A stretch of DNA of 64,000 nucleotides, taken from NCBI GenBank assembly GCA_048571215.1, contig CP182352.1, positions 1,056,001 through 1,120,000 of the forward strand, written 5' to 3'. This document shows, piece after piece, positions 56,101 to 62,662 of the stretch; positions within the stretch are counted from its first letter, which is position 1, and every line of letters starts with the position of its first letter. The notes under the pieces were generated by a model, which searched no databases, was not told the origin of the DNA, and saw only the letters and a program-made list of their open reading frames with translations. The position numbers and the translations under genes were made by a program. Source of the DNA: Halarcobacter sp. Its GTDB lineage: Bacteria; Campylobacterota; Campylobacteria; Campylobacterales; Arcobacteraceae.

Positions 56101-59100
56101 GTCAGATGTGCTAGAGATAGTAAATGATACAAATTCTAACTTTACAACAGCAAGTGATTATACAGTAACATTAAGTGATACAAGTGCAAGTGCAGCAGAT
56201 TTAAATGCAATAAATGCAGATACCACAGGCTTAGTAACAGCAACAAATGTAGCAAATATAACAAGTAGTAGCTTCGCAGATGTAAATACCTTGATAAGTA
56301 ATAAAGGAACAAGTGGAGATGCAATAAATGTAGATGGGAACTATAATGTAGTACTTTCAGATACATCAATAAGTGCGGCAAATGTAAAAGTAGTAAATGA
56401 TGATACAAGTGGAGCTATAGATATATCAGCAGCAACAACAATAACAAGCTCAAGTGTGTCAGATGTGTTAGAGATAGTAAATAATACAGGATCTAACTTT
56501 ACAACAGCAAGTAATTATGCAGTAACATTAAGTGATAGTTCATTATCAGCAGCAGATGTAAAAACAATTAATGATGATAATGGAACAGGAGCTATAGATA
56601 TATCAGCAGCAACAACAATAACAAGCTCAAGTGTGTCAGATGTGCTAGAGATAGTAAATGATACAAATTCTAACTTTACAACAGCAAGTGATTATACAGT
56701 AACATTAAGTGATACAAGTGCAAGTGCAGCAGATTTAAATGCAATAAATGCAGATACCACAGGCTTAGTAACAGCAACAAATGTAGCAAATATAACAAGT
56801 AGTAGCTTCGCAGATGTAAATACCTTGATAAGTAATAAAGGAACAAGTGGAGATGCAATAAATGTAGATGGGAACTATAATGTAGTACTTTCAGATACAT
56901 CAATAAGTGCGGCAAATGTAAAAGTAGTAAATGATGATACAAGTGGAGCTATAGATATATCAGCAGCAACAACAATAACAAGCTCAAGTGTATCAGATGT
57001 GTTAGAGATAGTAAATAATACAGGATCTAACTTTACAACAGCAAGTAATTATGCAGTAACATTAAGTGATAGTTCATTATCAGCAGCAGATGTAAAAACA
57101 ATTAATGATGATAATGGAACAGGAGCTATAGATATATCAGCAGCAACAACAATAACAAGCTCAAGTGTGTCAGATGTGTTAGAGATAGTAAATAATACAG
57201 GATCTAACTTTACAACAGCAAGTAATTATGCAGTAACATTAAGTGATAGTTCATTATCAGCAGCAGATGTAAAAACAATTAATGATGATAATGGAACAGG
57301 AGCTATAGATATATCAGCAGCAACAACAATAACAAGCTCAAGTGTGTCAGATGTGCTAGAGATAGTAAATGATACAAATTCTAACTTTACAACAGCAAGT
57401 GATTATACAGTAACATTAAGTGATACAAGTGCAAGTGCAGCAGATTTAAATGCAATAAATGCAGATACCACAGGCTTAGTAACAGCAACAAATGTAGCAA
57501 ATATAACAAGTAGTAGCTTCGCAGATGTAAATACCTTGATAAGTAATAAAGGAACAAGTGGAGATGCAATAAATGTAGATGGGAACTATAATGTAGTACT
57601 TTCAGATACATCAATAAGTGCGGCAAATGTAAAAGTAGTAAATGATGATACAAGTGGAGCTATAGATATATCAGCAGCAACAACAATAACAAGCTCAAGT
57701 GTGTCAGATGTGTTAGAAATAGTAAATAATACAGGATCTAACTTTACAACAGCAAGTAATTATGCAGTAACATTAAGTGATAGTTCATTATCAGCAGCAG
57801 ATGTAAAAACAATTAATGATGATAATGGAACAGGAGCTATAGATATATCAGCAGCAACAACAATAACAAGCTCAAGTGTGTCAGATGTGTTAGAGATAGT
57901 AAATAATACAGGATCTAACTTTACAACAGCAAGTGATTATACAGTAACATTAAGTGATAGTGCTAGTGCCTCTGAATTAAATAGTATTGCAGGAGATACA
58001 ACAGGTGTAGTAACAGCAACTTTAGATGCAAATACAACAATAAGTGATGCAACATTAACCTCTTTAGCTAATGTTGATGTTAATGATATAATAACTTTAA
58101 ATTCAACAGTAACAACAGCTGATGCAACTGCATTAAACGATTTAGATGCTTTGCTTGATACAAAAACATACTCAATTAGTGAAATTACAGAAGCTTATGA
58201 TACAGCAAACTTAACAACAGAGATAAATGATGCCTTGGTAATAGTACCAAACGCAAATGTGACAATTACAGGTGGTGAAATATCTGCATCAAATGCAAAT
58301 ACTATAGCAGACCAAACATCTGGTAAACTAAATGCTACTATTACAGCAGCAACAGCAGCAGTCTTAGCTGGAGCTCTTGTAAATGCAAGTGCTAGTGATG
58401 AATTAACTATAAGTGTGAATGATGATGCAAGTGCAACACAAGCTTCAAATTTAGTTACTTTAGATTCAAAAACATCAATAGCTGTAAATGCAAATGCAGT
58501 AACTTCTATTACAGGGACTTTAAGTGAATATAATAACCTTGTAAGTGCAGATGTAAATATAGACAACGATTATCTCTTAGAAATTAGTGATACTAATACT
58601 GCAAGTGATATTAATGCAATATTAAATAATACAAGTTCAGCAGTAACTGCAACAATTAGTTCAGATAGTGCTTCAAATCTTAAAACAAATCTTTCAAATG
58701 CTACAAGCTCAGATGCCTTAAATCTTACTATATCAGGGGCAAGTGCAAATGCATCTGATTTATTGGCACTTGATTTAAAAACTTCACAAACAATTGACGC
58801 ATCTAGTTTAACTAATATCAGTGGTTCTTTAGATAATTTAAATAGTATATATAATAGTGGAGATTTTAGTGGATTAGGAGATGAGAATTTATCTATAACA
58901 GATACAGGTAGTGTTACATCAACTCAATTAAATGATATATTAACAGAGACAAGTGGAACTATAACTTTAAGTGGGACAGGTTCATTACAAGTTTCAGTTG
59001 CAAATGGGGATAGTTTAGATTTAAGTGGAGTAACAAATAGTTTAAGTGGTAACTTAACTATAAATGATACAACAGGAAATGAAAATATCACAGGAACATC

Positions 59101-60001
59101 AGCAGATGATATTTTGAACTTAAGTTCTGGAAATGATACGATTAATTTAGGAGATGGAGATGATACTGTAAATGTATCAACTATCTCAAATCTTGATACA
59201 AATGATAACATTGATGGTGGTGCAGGAACTAACGATACCTTAAACATAACAGGAACAGGCACTATTGACTCAGCTAATTTAATAGATGTAACAGGTTTTG
59301 AAAATCTTAATCTATCAAGTGGAGATGATACGGTAACTTTTGATAATACAACAGAGTTTGGTAACTTTATAAATGAGTTTACGAATATAGTTGATACTGG
59401 TGGAAATGATACTTTATCATTTGGAACAACTGCTGTAAATGGAGATTTAGATTTTAGCAAACTAGGTGATTTTGAAAACCTTAATCTATCAAGTGTAGGA
59501 GACAATATCACACTAAGTGGGGATGAAGCTACAAATGTAAATGGATTAGGAGGAGATGATAATTTTTCACTTGATTTTACAAATATAGATAATTTCCAAA
59601 TAGATGGTGGAAGTGGTAGTGATACAGTTTCTATGACAGGTTCAACATCAGCTATTACAGCAGATACTGTATTTGGAGGTGTAAACGATTTCTCTAATAT
59701 GGAAACAATAGATTTAACAGGATTAAGTCTAAATGTTGGTGCTGATACAAGTGATGGTGGAACAAATGCAGAATGGACTCTTGATGGTTCATTAATTGAT
59801 GCATGGGATAATGGAACTGATCCTTTACATATTAGTTTAAATTCATCAGATGCAAATAAATTAGAGTTTATAGATAATGGTGGAAATAAAATTGGTGGTG
59901 ATGATTCAGATAGCACTTCAGCAATTAATTCAGGGTATACCTATACTTTAGATGATGGTTCAGGTGGTACAGTTGATCTTGTGATTGATTTACAACCATA
60001 A
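38090..60001 (+). CDS. Giant RTX adhesin, C-terminal part (continuation in the +1 frame)
   Basis: Same modules continue to ~53.3 kb, then Ser/Thr/Ala-rich repeats, final RTX repeats and a non-repetitive C-terminus upstream of a T1SS gene. The ATG at 38090 has no clear RBS. Confidence 0.9.
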   Translation: MVQIPFWGGTGKDTADYSGITDTSRSISVELESSEVKTVTINGAANDTLQDVENVTGGAGDDTLIGDGNVNTLKGGIGNDIIDGADGKDLLYGGDGNDNIIGGDKEDTIYGDAGNDILNGEDGADSLFGGDGDDTLLGGAGIDYLDGGAEDTLGDSVDFSTESGKLDVNFRNVDVNGYSQAYIDNIGDDYLKDVENIKGTNQDDYIGGNASNNTIIALNGDDTIIGDGGADYLTGGEGDDIFKAGIDANGDKILEDSDDGVDFIDGGNLSEINGDTVDYSAISKSINVTLSGSNDATVVVGDLDSNNTVGDYKDDTIRNIENIIGSSANDTITGDINKNTLAGSLGDDTLYGAGGNDTLDGGSGIDTADYTQAASKVVVDMSISTGEVTVDGDSGTDNLIDIEKIIGSTHDDTLSGYDQADTLYGGAGSDTISGGKGADNLSGYGLTTGTDSDLDTVSYSYVAAADEVNIDLTAGTATVDVSGDTSDTDTLSDFENVIGGAGADTINGSSVANVINAGSGADTITGQAGGDQLNGEAGNDTFIATDANDGVDIIDGGADSDTIDYSILGVGNEITFTLAESGNSSNITIADSGDSDLISNVENIIASQGDDDITGNSSVNTIYGQAGDDQINGEAGNDTLYGETGDDTLKGGFGDDYIDGGTNSTQGDTVDYSDASSGVTVNMSGNSVSVGAGLGTDTLVDIENALGSDYDDTFITNENADNKFYGGNNEAAGDTVDYSSRLTDANDKIVADLTSGNVDIYNDGAVTPNATDTLFDIENVTGSSGNDTISGDVNNNTIIGLSGNDTISGNDGIDYLDGGTGLDDRVDYSYSNEGVTVDLENDTGYINAGDNDTLIGFENVKGTTGNDTIILKSNAGLLTGVENEIDGNSGDNDTVSYENYTDDLTIDMTAGATATGDNDILTSIENAVGGTGDDTFISDTLIDNEFDGNSGQDTVDYSSSSDTVNVTLNGSIAANLTLGNGTVDSVKNIENVIGGSVNDTITGDANDNTLQGNEGLDILTGGLGDDYLDGGADSDKLYGSAGFDTIFGNEGDDLVEGGSDADLIYGDDLANSVTGNDSLLGQGGDDTIYGGLGDDTLDGDVGDDTLKGGDGNDTLIGGQNNDDLDGEAGIDTVDYRYASGSVTVDLGDDGTTSQNIGAAEGFDKLANIENVIGSNYDDTFYGSNGVANLFNGGDSESGEVNGDTVDYSTRLDQATDSISVDLSNSGIVTVVNGGVSQADDTLVNIENITGTAGNDFIGGDSDNNTLKGQAGDDTLRGDAGDDYLDGGADIDTVTYAGESLNVTVDLNNNSATGTGIGTDTLIDIENVIGGDANDTIIMKEGAIANDIKGGLGSDTISYENYTSSGVDINLSTTASQTVATGDNDTLESIEDIIGSDFDDTFIGSSSNNTITGNDGSDTFIAGTDVNNDGNLDAWSDDGADTYDGGAGVNDWIDYSVITGDGVNGANGIEIILDTTNPTTVTVQGQADVDTIVNVEHISGTQDSDIIQGDMANNSLLGNAGADQIKGGAGADKIYGGSDDDNLLGESGNDTLYGGTGNDALTGDVGDDIIYGGDGTTDFGSDTVDYTNALESLTITLDTNLDIDDEFGNYDAVGTSDGASGEQGQGDDILYGIENVIGSDYASDIVYGSHGDNSISTLAHDDTITAYNGDDTIDAGSGDDLIFATSNSDGNDTIDGGTGSDTLDYQTISNGISVDFSEANTDSTLTIASGNSDTVRNVENILSGSASDVLSGNSSSNTIVGNAGNDTISGEAGIDKLYGDAIDGTGSGNDTVSYAYTSSDAQIDLNAETAYINITDNDTISSFENVISGSGNDIITGSSVDNTLEGGAGDDTFKGLGGDDVIYGGTSLADAGTQDTIDYTSQARIITTLSEGASVTVGTSGETDTIYGIENIIGSNTGNDTITGDASDNTILGQGGDDTLKGAAGADKLDGGSGDDLFIIDTDGDATGDEIIGGADYDTVSYLGLSSGVTVDLLSGSTVTVAIGTDTHTLTEIEHLQGTNYNDVLTGDSNLNKMEGMGGDDIITGNDGADQLYGGANELNSQSSGDDTLDGKAGDDFIRGGDGADYIYGGDGKDTLYGEDGVDNIDGEAGNDILYGGASDDALNGGLGADTIFGEAGDDTITFVQADNSVDYVYGGNASNDSDTLVGDTVDYSQAITGMTVDLAENNLEGTASSADQGTDYLYGIENIIGSNLASDTITGNSEVNTLSGMGDDDTLYGLAGADTLLGGAGNDELHGGDDSDSIDGGIGNDLIYGDAGLDTLVGNSGDDSFIATSASDGSDSIIGGIGSDTVDYSVITDSGNSVTATLLASGDSTVTLGTGDNDTINGIENIIGTSGDDTFTGSALVNTLVGGAGTDEVRYDYDNGTGVVVDLEAGTATENGGIVDTLVTIENVVGSSYDDTFVTKSGVVNVIDGGNHVNGDLIDYSSTSSSIDLTLNTSTQATVNIAGTVYDDIISNIEHVKGSTSADTITGDSSVNTLLGMAGDDTLSGAAGADYLDGGAGNDTLIGGADADSLFGGIGDDIFTGSDFTGDVIDGGDEIDTSRGSDTVDYSSVNVTTSGVEVTLNDSTVSNVTVDGNANNHTIVNIENIYGTSLDDIIIGDADSNSLIGNAGTDYIDGSAGDDYIDGGANTTGTETLIGGLGLDTITGGTGVDYILGGDDSDLLYGNEDNDTLDGGAGVDTLEGGSGDDTLIGGAGNDNLSGGTGSDTADYSNESASIQANIANSFAVGSSIGTDTFNSIENITGTDLGGDADNITGNDSDNILKGLAGDDTISEMAGADIVEGGAGNDYIIAGAGDDIIDGDDTDGGTLNGTSDTLDYSSLAINDDTGDTRDIDGSGIDSNVSDAYLGIEVDLSVTSSQRIHAEYGSDTITNIENIIGSDKGDYISGNDSANILEGRAGNDYLVGLDGADKLIGGSGTDTGDFTLGSQDVVIDMTKSQTDGSSNTYRIENDGYGNAEYLDGVENIITGSGDDTIYGDALSNTIITGAGNDTIRGGGDADVIDGGADEDTADFSDLAYGVTVDLDTDNNSGNSAVGTALSNGKTDTLREIENVIGTERADNITGDDKNNTILGGADNDTLRGLEGQDYFDGGDGSADTIDFSDGTEGIDVDLSVTQTLGTSSTYTVQNDGFGNAEYAAGIENIIGTNSVDIITGDSNNNLLDGGASGDTISGGAGSDTLVGQTGADTFLGGAGDDYIYGNAQNISSADSDRDVVDYSSASNSILLNLSSSDSTIELSNETTTTLGTQTAVGDGTDRLYDIQDVIGSNLADTIVGDDTSNSLFGNGGNDILIGGLGADVIEGQGDNDTILGGLDGDVIYGGTVSAGTHTDSGNDTVDYSYLSDATAINVDLSLDDNDATTNNEQEIKVIGDATSYDSVEGIENIVGTRNNDIIKGSDDFAETNILDGYKGNDTFYASKGVDTFIGGDGIDTLDFSNIDTNSSTVTTEDDGNAVIVDLGLEQATDDGYQNGSAVVDTIRDIEIVIGTTGDDQLRGSSEANTLIGGEGNDTITGVAGTNLLQGGDGDDSILGGSDADTIEGGIGADTLSGGVGDDSISGGDGNDIINKTNATGNDSIDAGLGDDTIYSGEGDNILTGGDGSDTLTYEQITSTGITANLGSGASGDFGTVTIGSDTDTLQDHFEIVKGSADTDTILGFNGTAVVGVDYSDTLYGKGSSDSLFGGIGDDIIYGENGDDIIRGQAGNDVIDGGAGTDTIDFSDANVGVEVYLNGTDKNNNAVAHEVIEDGFGGQDDITSVEKVTGSNYDDTIKGTDSWNNISSGSGDDTIIATSGGDTINGGSNTTGAGGGDWLSFEALTSAVNAKMQDGQISGGLGSTTISNIENLLGTTLDDTLIGDDNNNSLDGNSGDDTIDGAGGADNLFGSTGNDTLIGGDGIDTYDGGDGSDTISFYDVEASVDVDLSSSTVNEDGFGNTESGAISAIENIIGTLNYADILTGDNSDNIIYGYGGNDTINALGGFDTVYGGTGNDIINSGNDTDDTSEDVVFGQEGIDTITGTFDKAVLYGDNVGGSNAEEDWIDYSSSTSGITVDLSGNVANSTYTLDSANDALDGTYVKVTNNDSPTDFDLIAQIENIIGTDQVDTLGGNDSEDNSILAGDGDDTIYHSNSVGNNYVDGQGGSDWLSLEYYAVNIDLSSGTNGIYNIENLIDKQTGSSRTIWGSNTDNIFIMYDGNDHVLGRSGNDIYDLGDGDDRASASLGSDTIIGGAGQDTLDYRNYWTGQSTNIILQDVNIDTNDDGIGDTSVSSLVTNIDIAGLQTLTDGNYSFFNVTDARGYTDYIYKEADGTADIERFYLSNVADVFVGDEGDNTVNAYEGNDTVLGMGGDDILNGNSGADLIYGGTGNDDLDGSDGDDRVYGEDGNDIINGGENNDTLWGGIGDDNLYGDNGIDIIYDEEGTDYINGGADEDTVIFKEGTQGVDVDLNAGSSTDAFGNSQTITNVENITATSMDDIIIGEDGVTNIIYGLDGNDTFTVTTNETGKSDYIYGGDGTNDKVILSDNVDGSVGDANGNILVDPDSDSTTYDTTVDMLTDNNIEFVSSGANNSTKIYDIEDVDGSIKDDYIKADGEDNTITGNAGNDYIQGLAGADNIDAGTGDDIVEGGTGNDTLDGGTGVDTLVYTNSLSGVTVNLNTSTSTGADIGTDNISNFENILGSSSGDVLTGDNSTSVGNTIYGQGGADSIYGLAGDDELHGGDNNDYIDGGAGNDNLFGDGGDDSFVTSAGDDTIDGGANSDTVDYSSATGPLNVTLTDSGTTTITIDGNDSLTNVENLIGTSADDIITGESNNNTFVGNAGDDTLKGAGGDDNLQGGTGDDTLYGGTGTNIINGGEGSETTGDWISYTDVVGDVNINLASGTATGAVDDTISFIEHIEMGDGNDTVQGDIYDNSLLGGNGSDTLSVSTATGGVTFNVTNNNGTTSGAGVGTDNFESFENFEGSSYADTLNTAAIDNITFNGAGNTDTIDYTGLSTAVTVTVNNNNPITVNDGTNEDTLTNVEHIISGSGDDTFNYTGTPNVTILDAGAGSDTLALNGDVDLSGVTLLNFENIIVKDGDTATLSATDLDDKTYDIELQGSGSLIVNATALASDHDFDNITVTKTGTATGTFTLQVDNSVDLTAHDINGTNNIIDIIKVNSGTVTLSETQVTSGTVVVNGAGSAVVEVSSDSSTDFSTILALDTPSNETIQFTADSTFSGNFGDSTGSVDSGVTLTADAVIIDGVSVTNSGTVNVTDLDNDAGLNDADADLSTIIGGTINATWNGTDTFTGNLGNAIVDIASGTMSTDGSLIDGKIILGAGTLTITGSGDGSLDVSNITTTPALDINITDGATTLTGVSIDVDASGSSSAITVETGDGSLDITGGSGSDNVTYTSSTTLSGTLTSVESVTINSGITLTSAFSDINVVASITGTGTLTLTDTSIDATDLNNLDTKTNGTVDASSLTSMNGSIADLTTAYNASGISGLGNENVTTTDTGTVVSTDITTLSGLTTGTVTIDSAVTELTGTISEVQAVYDASNVTIDADENVTVSDINASASSLNTLNSSTTGLVTATNVANITSSSFADVNTLISNKGTSGDAINVDGNYNVVLSDTSISAANVKVVNDDTSGAIDISAATTITSSSVSDVLEIVNNTGSNFTTASNYAVTLSDSSLSAADVKTINDDNGTGAIDISAATTITSSSVSDVLEIVNNTGSNFTTASNYAVTLSDSSLSAADVKTINDDNGTGAIDISAATTITSSSVSDVLEIVNDTNSNFTTASDYTVTLSDTSASAADLNAINADTTGLVTATNVANITSSSFADVNTLISNKGTSGDAINVDGNYNVVLSDTSISAANVKVVNDDTSGAIDISAATTITSSSVSDVLEIVNNTGSNFTTASNYAVTLSDSSLSAADVKTINDDNGTGAIDISAATTITSSSVSDVLEIVNDTNSNFTTASDYTVTLSDSSLSAADVKTINDDNGTGAIDISAATTITSSSVSDVLEIVNDTNSNFTTASDYTVTLSDTSASAADLNAINADTTGLVTATNVANITSSSFADVNTLISNKGTSGDAINVDGNYNVVLSDTSISAANVKVVNDDTSGAIDISAATTITSSSVSDVLEIVNNTGSNFTTASNYAVTLSDSSLSAADVKTINDDNGTGAIDISAATTITSSSVSDVLEIVNDTNSNFTTASDYTVTLSDTSASAADLNAINADTTGLVTATNVANITSSSFADVNTLISNKGTSGDAINVDGNYNVVLSDTSISAANVKVVNDDTSGAIDISAATTITSSSVSDVLEIVNNTGSNFTTASNYAVTLSDSSLSAADVKTINDDNGTGAIDISAATTITSSSVSDVLEIVNNTGSNFTTASNYAVTLSDSSLSAADVKTINDDNGTGAIDISAATTITSSSVSDVLEIVNDTNSNFTTASDYTVTLSDTSASAADLNAINADTTGLVTATNVANITSSSFADVNTLISNKGTSGDAINVDGNYNVVLSDTSISAANVKVVNDDTSGAIDISAATTITSSSVSDVLEIVNNTGSNFTTASNYAVTLSDSSLSAADVKTINDDNGTGAIDISAATTITSSSVSDVLEIVNNTGSNFTTASDYTVTLSDSASASELNSIAGDTTGVVTATLDANTTISDATLTSLANVDVNDIITLNSTVTTADATALNDLDALLDTKTYSISEITEAYDTANLTTEINDALVIVPNANVTITGGEISASNANTIADQTSGKLNATITAATAAVLAGALVNASASDELTISVNDDASATQASNLVTLDSKTSIAVNANAVTSITGTLSEYNNLVSADVNIDNDYLLEISDTNTASDINAILNNTSSAVTATISSDSASNLKTNLSNATSSDALNLTISGASANASDLLALDLKTSQTIDASSLTNISGSLDNLNSIYNSGDFSGLGDENLSITDTGSVTSTQLNDILTETSGTITLSGTGSLQVSVANGDSLDLSGVTNSLSGNLTINDTTGNENITGTSADDILNLSSGNDTINLGDGDDTVNVSTISNLDTNDNIDGGAGTNDTLNITGTGTIDSANLIDVTGFENLNLSSGDDTVTFDNTTEFGNFINEFTNIVDTGGNDTLSFGTTAVNGDLDFSKLGDFENLNLSSVGDNITLSGDEATNVNGLGGDDNFSLDFTNIDNFQIDGGSGSDTVSMTGSTSAITADTVFGGVNDFSNMETIDLTGLSLNVGADTSDGGTNAEWTLDGSLIDAWDNGTDPLHISLNSSDANKLEFIDNGGNKIGGDDSDSTSAINSGYTYTLDDGSGGTVDLVIDLQP
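38105..38115 (+). repeat. T4G7 homopolymer at the frameshift
   Basis: ACC ATT TTG GGG GGG TAC; removing one base gives TILGGTGKDTADY, a normal module junction. Confidence 0.9.
54799..57960 (+). repeat. Near-identical higher-order tandem array, units A(183 bp) B(174 bp) C(177 bp): ABCC-ABCC-ABC-ABCC-ABC
   Basis: Periods of 711, 711, 534 and 711 bp, visible in the DNA and in the repeated antisense shadow ORFs; first A unit is partial. Confidence 0.92.
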
Positions 60002-60017
60002 TTAAATAGGAAATAAA

Positions 60018-60869
60018 ATGGATAAAAACTTTAATAAATTAATAAAAGCAAGAAATGGCTATTGTCTATTTAATAAAAATGATAAATATATAGGTTATTC
60101 TCTCGAAAAATATGGTGAATTTTCCCACTTGGAAGTTGAACTTTTTAAACAAATTTGTAAAAAAGGAGATACTATCATTGAAGTTGGTGCAAATATTGGT
60201 GCTCATACTCAGTTTTTTTCAAATAGAGTAGGGCACAGTGGTAAAATACTTGCCTTTGAACCACAAAGGATAGTTTTTCAAACTCTTTGTGCAAATATAT
60301 CAATAAATTCTATGACAAATGTATATACCTATCATATGGCATTATCCAATGAAGAGGGTACAGCTTTGATTGCTCCAATTGATTACACAAAATTGGGAAA
60401 TTTTGGTGGTATTAGTATAGAAAATTCCAGAAAAGGTGAATCTGTACAACAAAAAACACTAGATGATTTTATTGAGCAAGTTGATAACTTAAAGTTAATA
60501 AAAGTAGATGTTGAAGGTATGGAAGAAAAAGTGTTAAAAGGTGCAAAAAAAATTATCAAAAAATATAAACCCTTTTTATATGTGGAAAATGATAGACAAG
60601 AAAAATCACAATCTTTAATAGAGTATATAAAGTCTTTAGATTATGAATTATATTGGCATATGCCAAAACTATATAACCCAAATAATTTTTATAAAAGTAG
60701 TGAAAATATTTTTGGAAATATAGTTTCAGTAAATATGATATGTATCCATAAAAGTTTAAAAGTAAATGTGGAAAAAATGATAAAAATTGAAGATAGTAAA
60801 TTTCATCCTATGAAGAAAGGTAAAAAAGAAAATAGTAATAAAAAAAATAGTGGAGAAACCAATGAATAA
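60018..60869 (+). CDS. FkbM-family SAM-dependent methyltransferase
   Basis: IEVGANIGAHT, AFEPQ, IKVDVEGMEEKVLKGA. Confidence 0.93.
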   Translation: MDKNFNKLIKARNGYCLFNKNDKYIGYSLEKYGEFSHLEVELFKQICKKGDTIIEVGANIGAHTQFFSNRVGHSGKILAFEPQRIVFQTLCANISINSMTNVYTYHMALSNEEGTALIAPIDYTKLGNFGGISIENSRKGESVQQKTLDDFIEQVDNLKLIKVDVEGMEEKVLKGAKKIIKKYKPFLYVENDRQEKSQSLIEYIKSLDYELYWHMPKLYNPNNFYKSSENIFGNIVSVNMICIHKSLKVNVEKMIKIEDSKFHPMKKGKKENSNKKNSGETNE

Positions 60870-62658
60870 ACAAGAAAATATAAAAAAACTATTAAATAAA
60901 GCATATGAAGATTATAAAAAAAATGATTTTGAAACTTCAAAACAAACATATTTAGATATCTTAATAGAGGATAAAAATAATAGCGAAGCTTTAGGAAATC
61001 TTGGAGTTATTTATAGAGCATTAGGAGATAATAATAAATCATATGAATACTATATAAAAGCGATAAATTCAAATCCAAAAAATATAATGGTTTATAACAA
61101 TCTAGGAAATCTTTTAAAAGATACTGGAAATTATAAAGCTGCATTAAAAGTATACTCTGATGCTATAAAGATTGAACCCAAAAACTATTTAATGTACAAC
61201 AATTTAGGAATGGTTTATGAAAAATTAAAAGATTATAACAAGGCTATACAAAGCTATAAAGAATCTGTGAGAATCAATCCAAATTATGATAAAGCAGTAA
61301 ACAATATAGGGGTAGTTTTATATAAACAAAAAAAATATAAAGAGTCTATTGAAATATTTAAAATAGCTTTAAAAATAAACCCAAAATATTATGAGTTATA
61401 CAGTAATATTGGGGCTTGTTATAATAAACTTAAAATGTATGATGAATCAATTGAGGCTTTAAATATTGCCATAGAAAAAAATCCAAAAAATGGGGGAGCA
61501 TACACAAACCTTGGAAATGTTTATAATAAACTTTTTGACTATAAAAAAGCTGCTAAGCTACATGAAAAATCGATAGAATTAGACCCAAATGGTTCAAATG
61601 CCTATAGCAATGTGGGAACTTCATACAAACACTTAGGACAAGTAAAAAAAGCTATTGATTCTTATAAAAAAGCCATAGAACTTGACCCAAATTTCGTAAA
61701 TGCTCACTTTGATTTGGCAACTATGTATTTAGGAAAAGGTGATTATAAAAATGGATTTAGAGAATATGAGTGGAGATTTAAAAAAGAGGAGATGATATCT
61801 CATATAGTAAACAATAAAGATATTTTTTCAAAGCCTATGTTTACAGGGAAAGATGAGATTAAGGATAAAACAATACTTATCCACTCCGAGCAAGGTTTTG
61901 GAGATTCTATTCAATTTATAAGATTTCTAAAGCCATTTAAAGAAAAATTTAAATGTAAAATTGCAGTTAAATGTAGAGATGAGTTAAAGAAATTATTTAA
62001 GTCTATTGATGAAATTGATGTTTTAACAAATAGAAGTGAAGCTACACCAGAATTTGATTATCATTTACCAATAATGAGTATGCCATATATTTTAGAGATA
62101 AATTCAGCGAAAGATCTTATCACTGAGACGCCTTATTTAAATATTCCAAAAAAGAATATTTTTGATATTAAAAAAGAGAAAGGGAAGATTAATGTAGGTA
62201 TTTGTTGGTCAGCATCTGTTACTTCTGAAAGTTATGAGGAGAGAGTTTTAGAATTAGAAAGATTTTTACCAATAATTAATAATAATAAGATAAATGTCTA
62301 TTCACTTCAATTAGGTCCAGATAAAGAAGCTATAAAAAAGCTTGGATTAGAAGATAAAGTTATTGATATCACTGATAAATTAACTGATTTTTCAAAAACA
62401 GCAGATTTAGTTCAAGAGTTGGACTTAGTAGTTAGTTCTGATACTTCTGTTGTTCATCTTTGTGGTGCTATGAATATTCCAGTTTGGGTAATGGTACCTA
62501 AAATTCCAGATTGGAGATGGGGAAATAAAGGAGAAACATCACCTTGGTATAAAAGTGCAAAACTTTTTAGACAAAAAAGCGCTAGAGTCTGGGATAGTGT
62601 ATTTCAGTCTATTTATGATAAACTATTTTCTAATTTTAAAATCAAAATAGATAGGTAG
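60862..62658 (+). CDS. TPR-repeat protein with C-terminal GT-B glycosyltransferase (GT9-like) domain; start probably ATG 60862
   Basis: About eight TPRs (YNNLG, AYTNLG, AYSNVG), then EYEWRF, EQGFGDSIQFIRF, DLVVSSDTSVVHLCGAM, DWRW, SPWY...LFRQ. Confidence 0.88.
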   Translation: MNKQENIKKLLNKAYEDYKKNDFETSKQTYLDILIEDKNNSEALGNLGVIYRALGDNNKSYEYYIKAINSNPKNIMVYNNLGNLLKDTGNYKAALKVYSDAIKIEPKNYLMYNNLGMVYEKLKDYNKAIQSYKESVRINPNYDKAVNNIGVVLYKQKKYKESIEIFKIALKINPKYYELYSNIGACYNKLKMYDESIEALNIAIEKNPKNGGAYTNLGNVYNKLFDYKKAAKLHEKSIELDPNGSNAYSNVGTSYKHLGQVKKAIDSYKKAIELDPNFVNAHFDLATMYLGKGDYKNGFREYEWRFKKEEMISHIVNNKDIFSKPMFTGKDEIKDKTILIHSEQGFGDSIQFIRFLKPFKEKFKCKIAVKCRDELKKLFKSIDEIDVLTNRSEATPEFDYHLPIMSMPYILEINSAKDLITETPYLNIPKKNIFDIKKEKGKINVGICWSASVTSESYEERVLELERFLPIINNNKINVYSLQLGPDKEAIKKLGLEDKVIDITDKLTDFSKTADLVQELDLVVSSDTSVVHLCGAMNIPVWVMVPKIPDWRWGNKGETSPWYKSAKLFRQKSARVWDSVFQSIYDKLFSNFKIKIDR

Positions 62659-62662
62659 TTAT

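Noticed and set aside
54798..57653. Five repeated His/Leu/Tyr-rich minus-strand ORFs
   Set aside because: By-products of the tandem array's A-ending codons; they simply track the 711/534-bp period.
54799..57960. Possible CRISPR array
   Set aside because: Units are 174-183 bp, in frame and lack unique spacers; no cas genes in the window.
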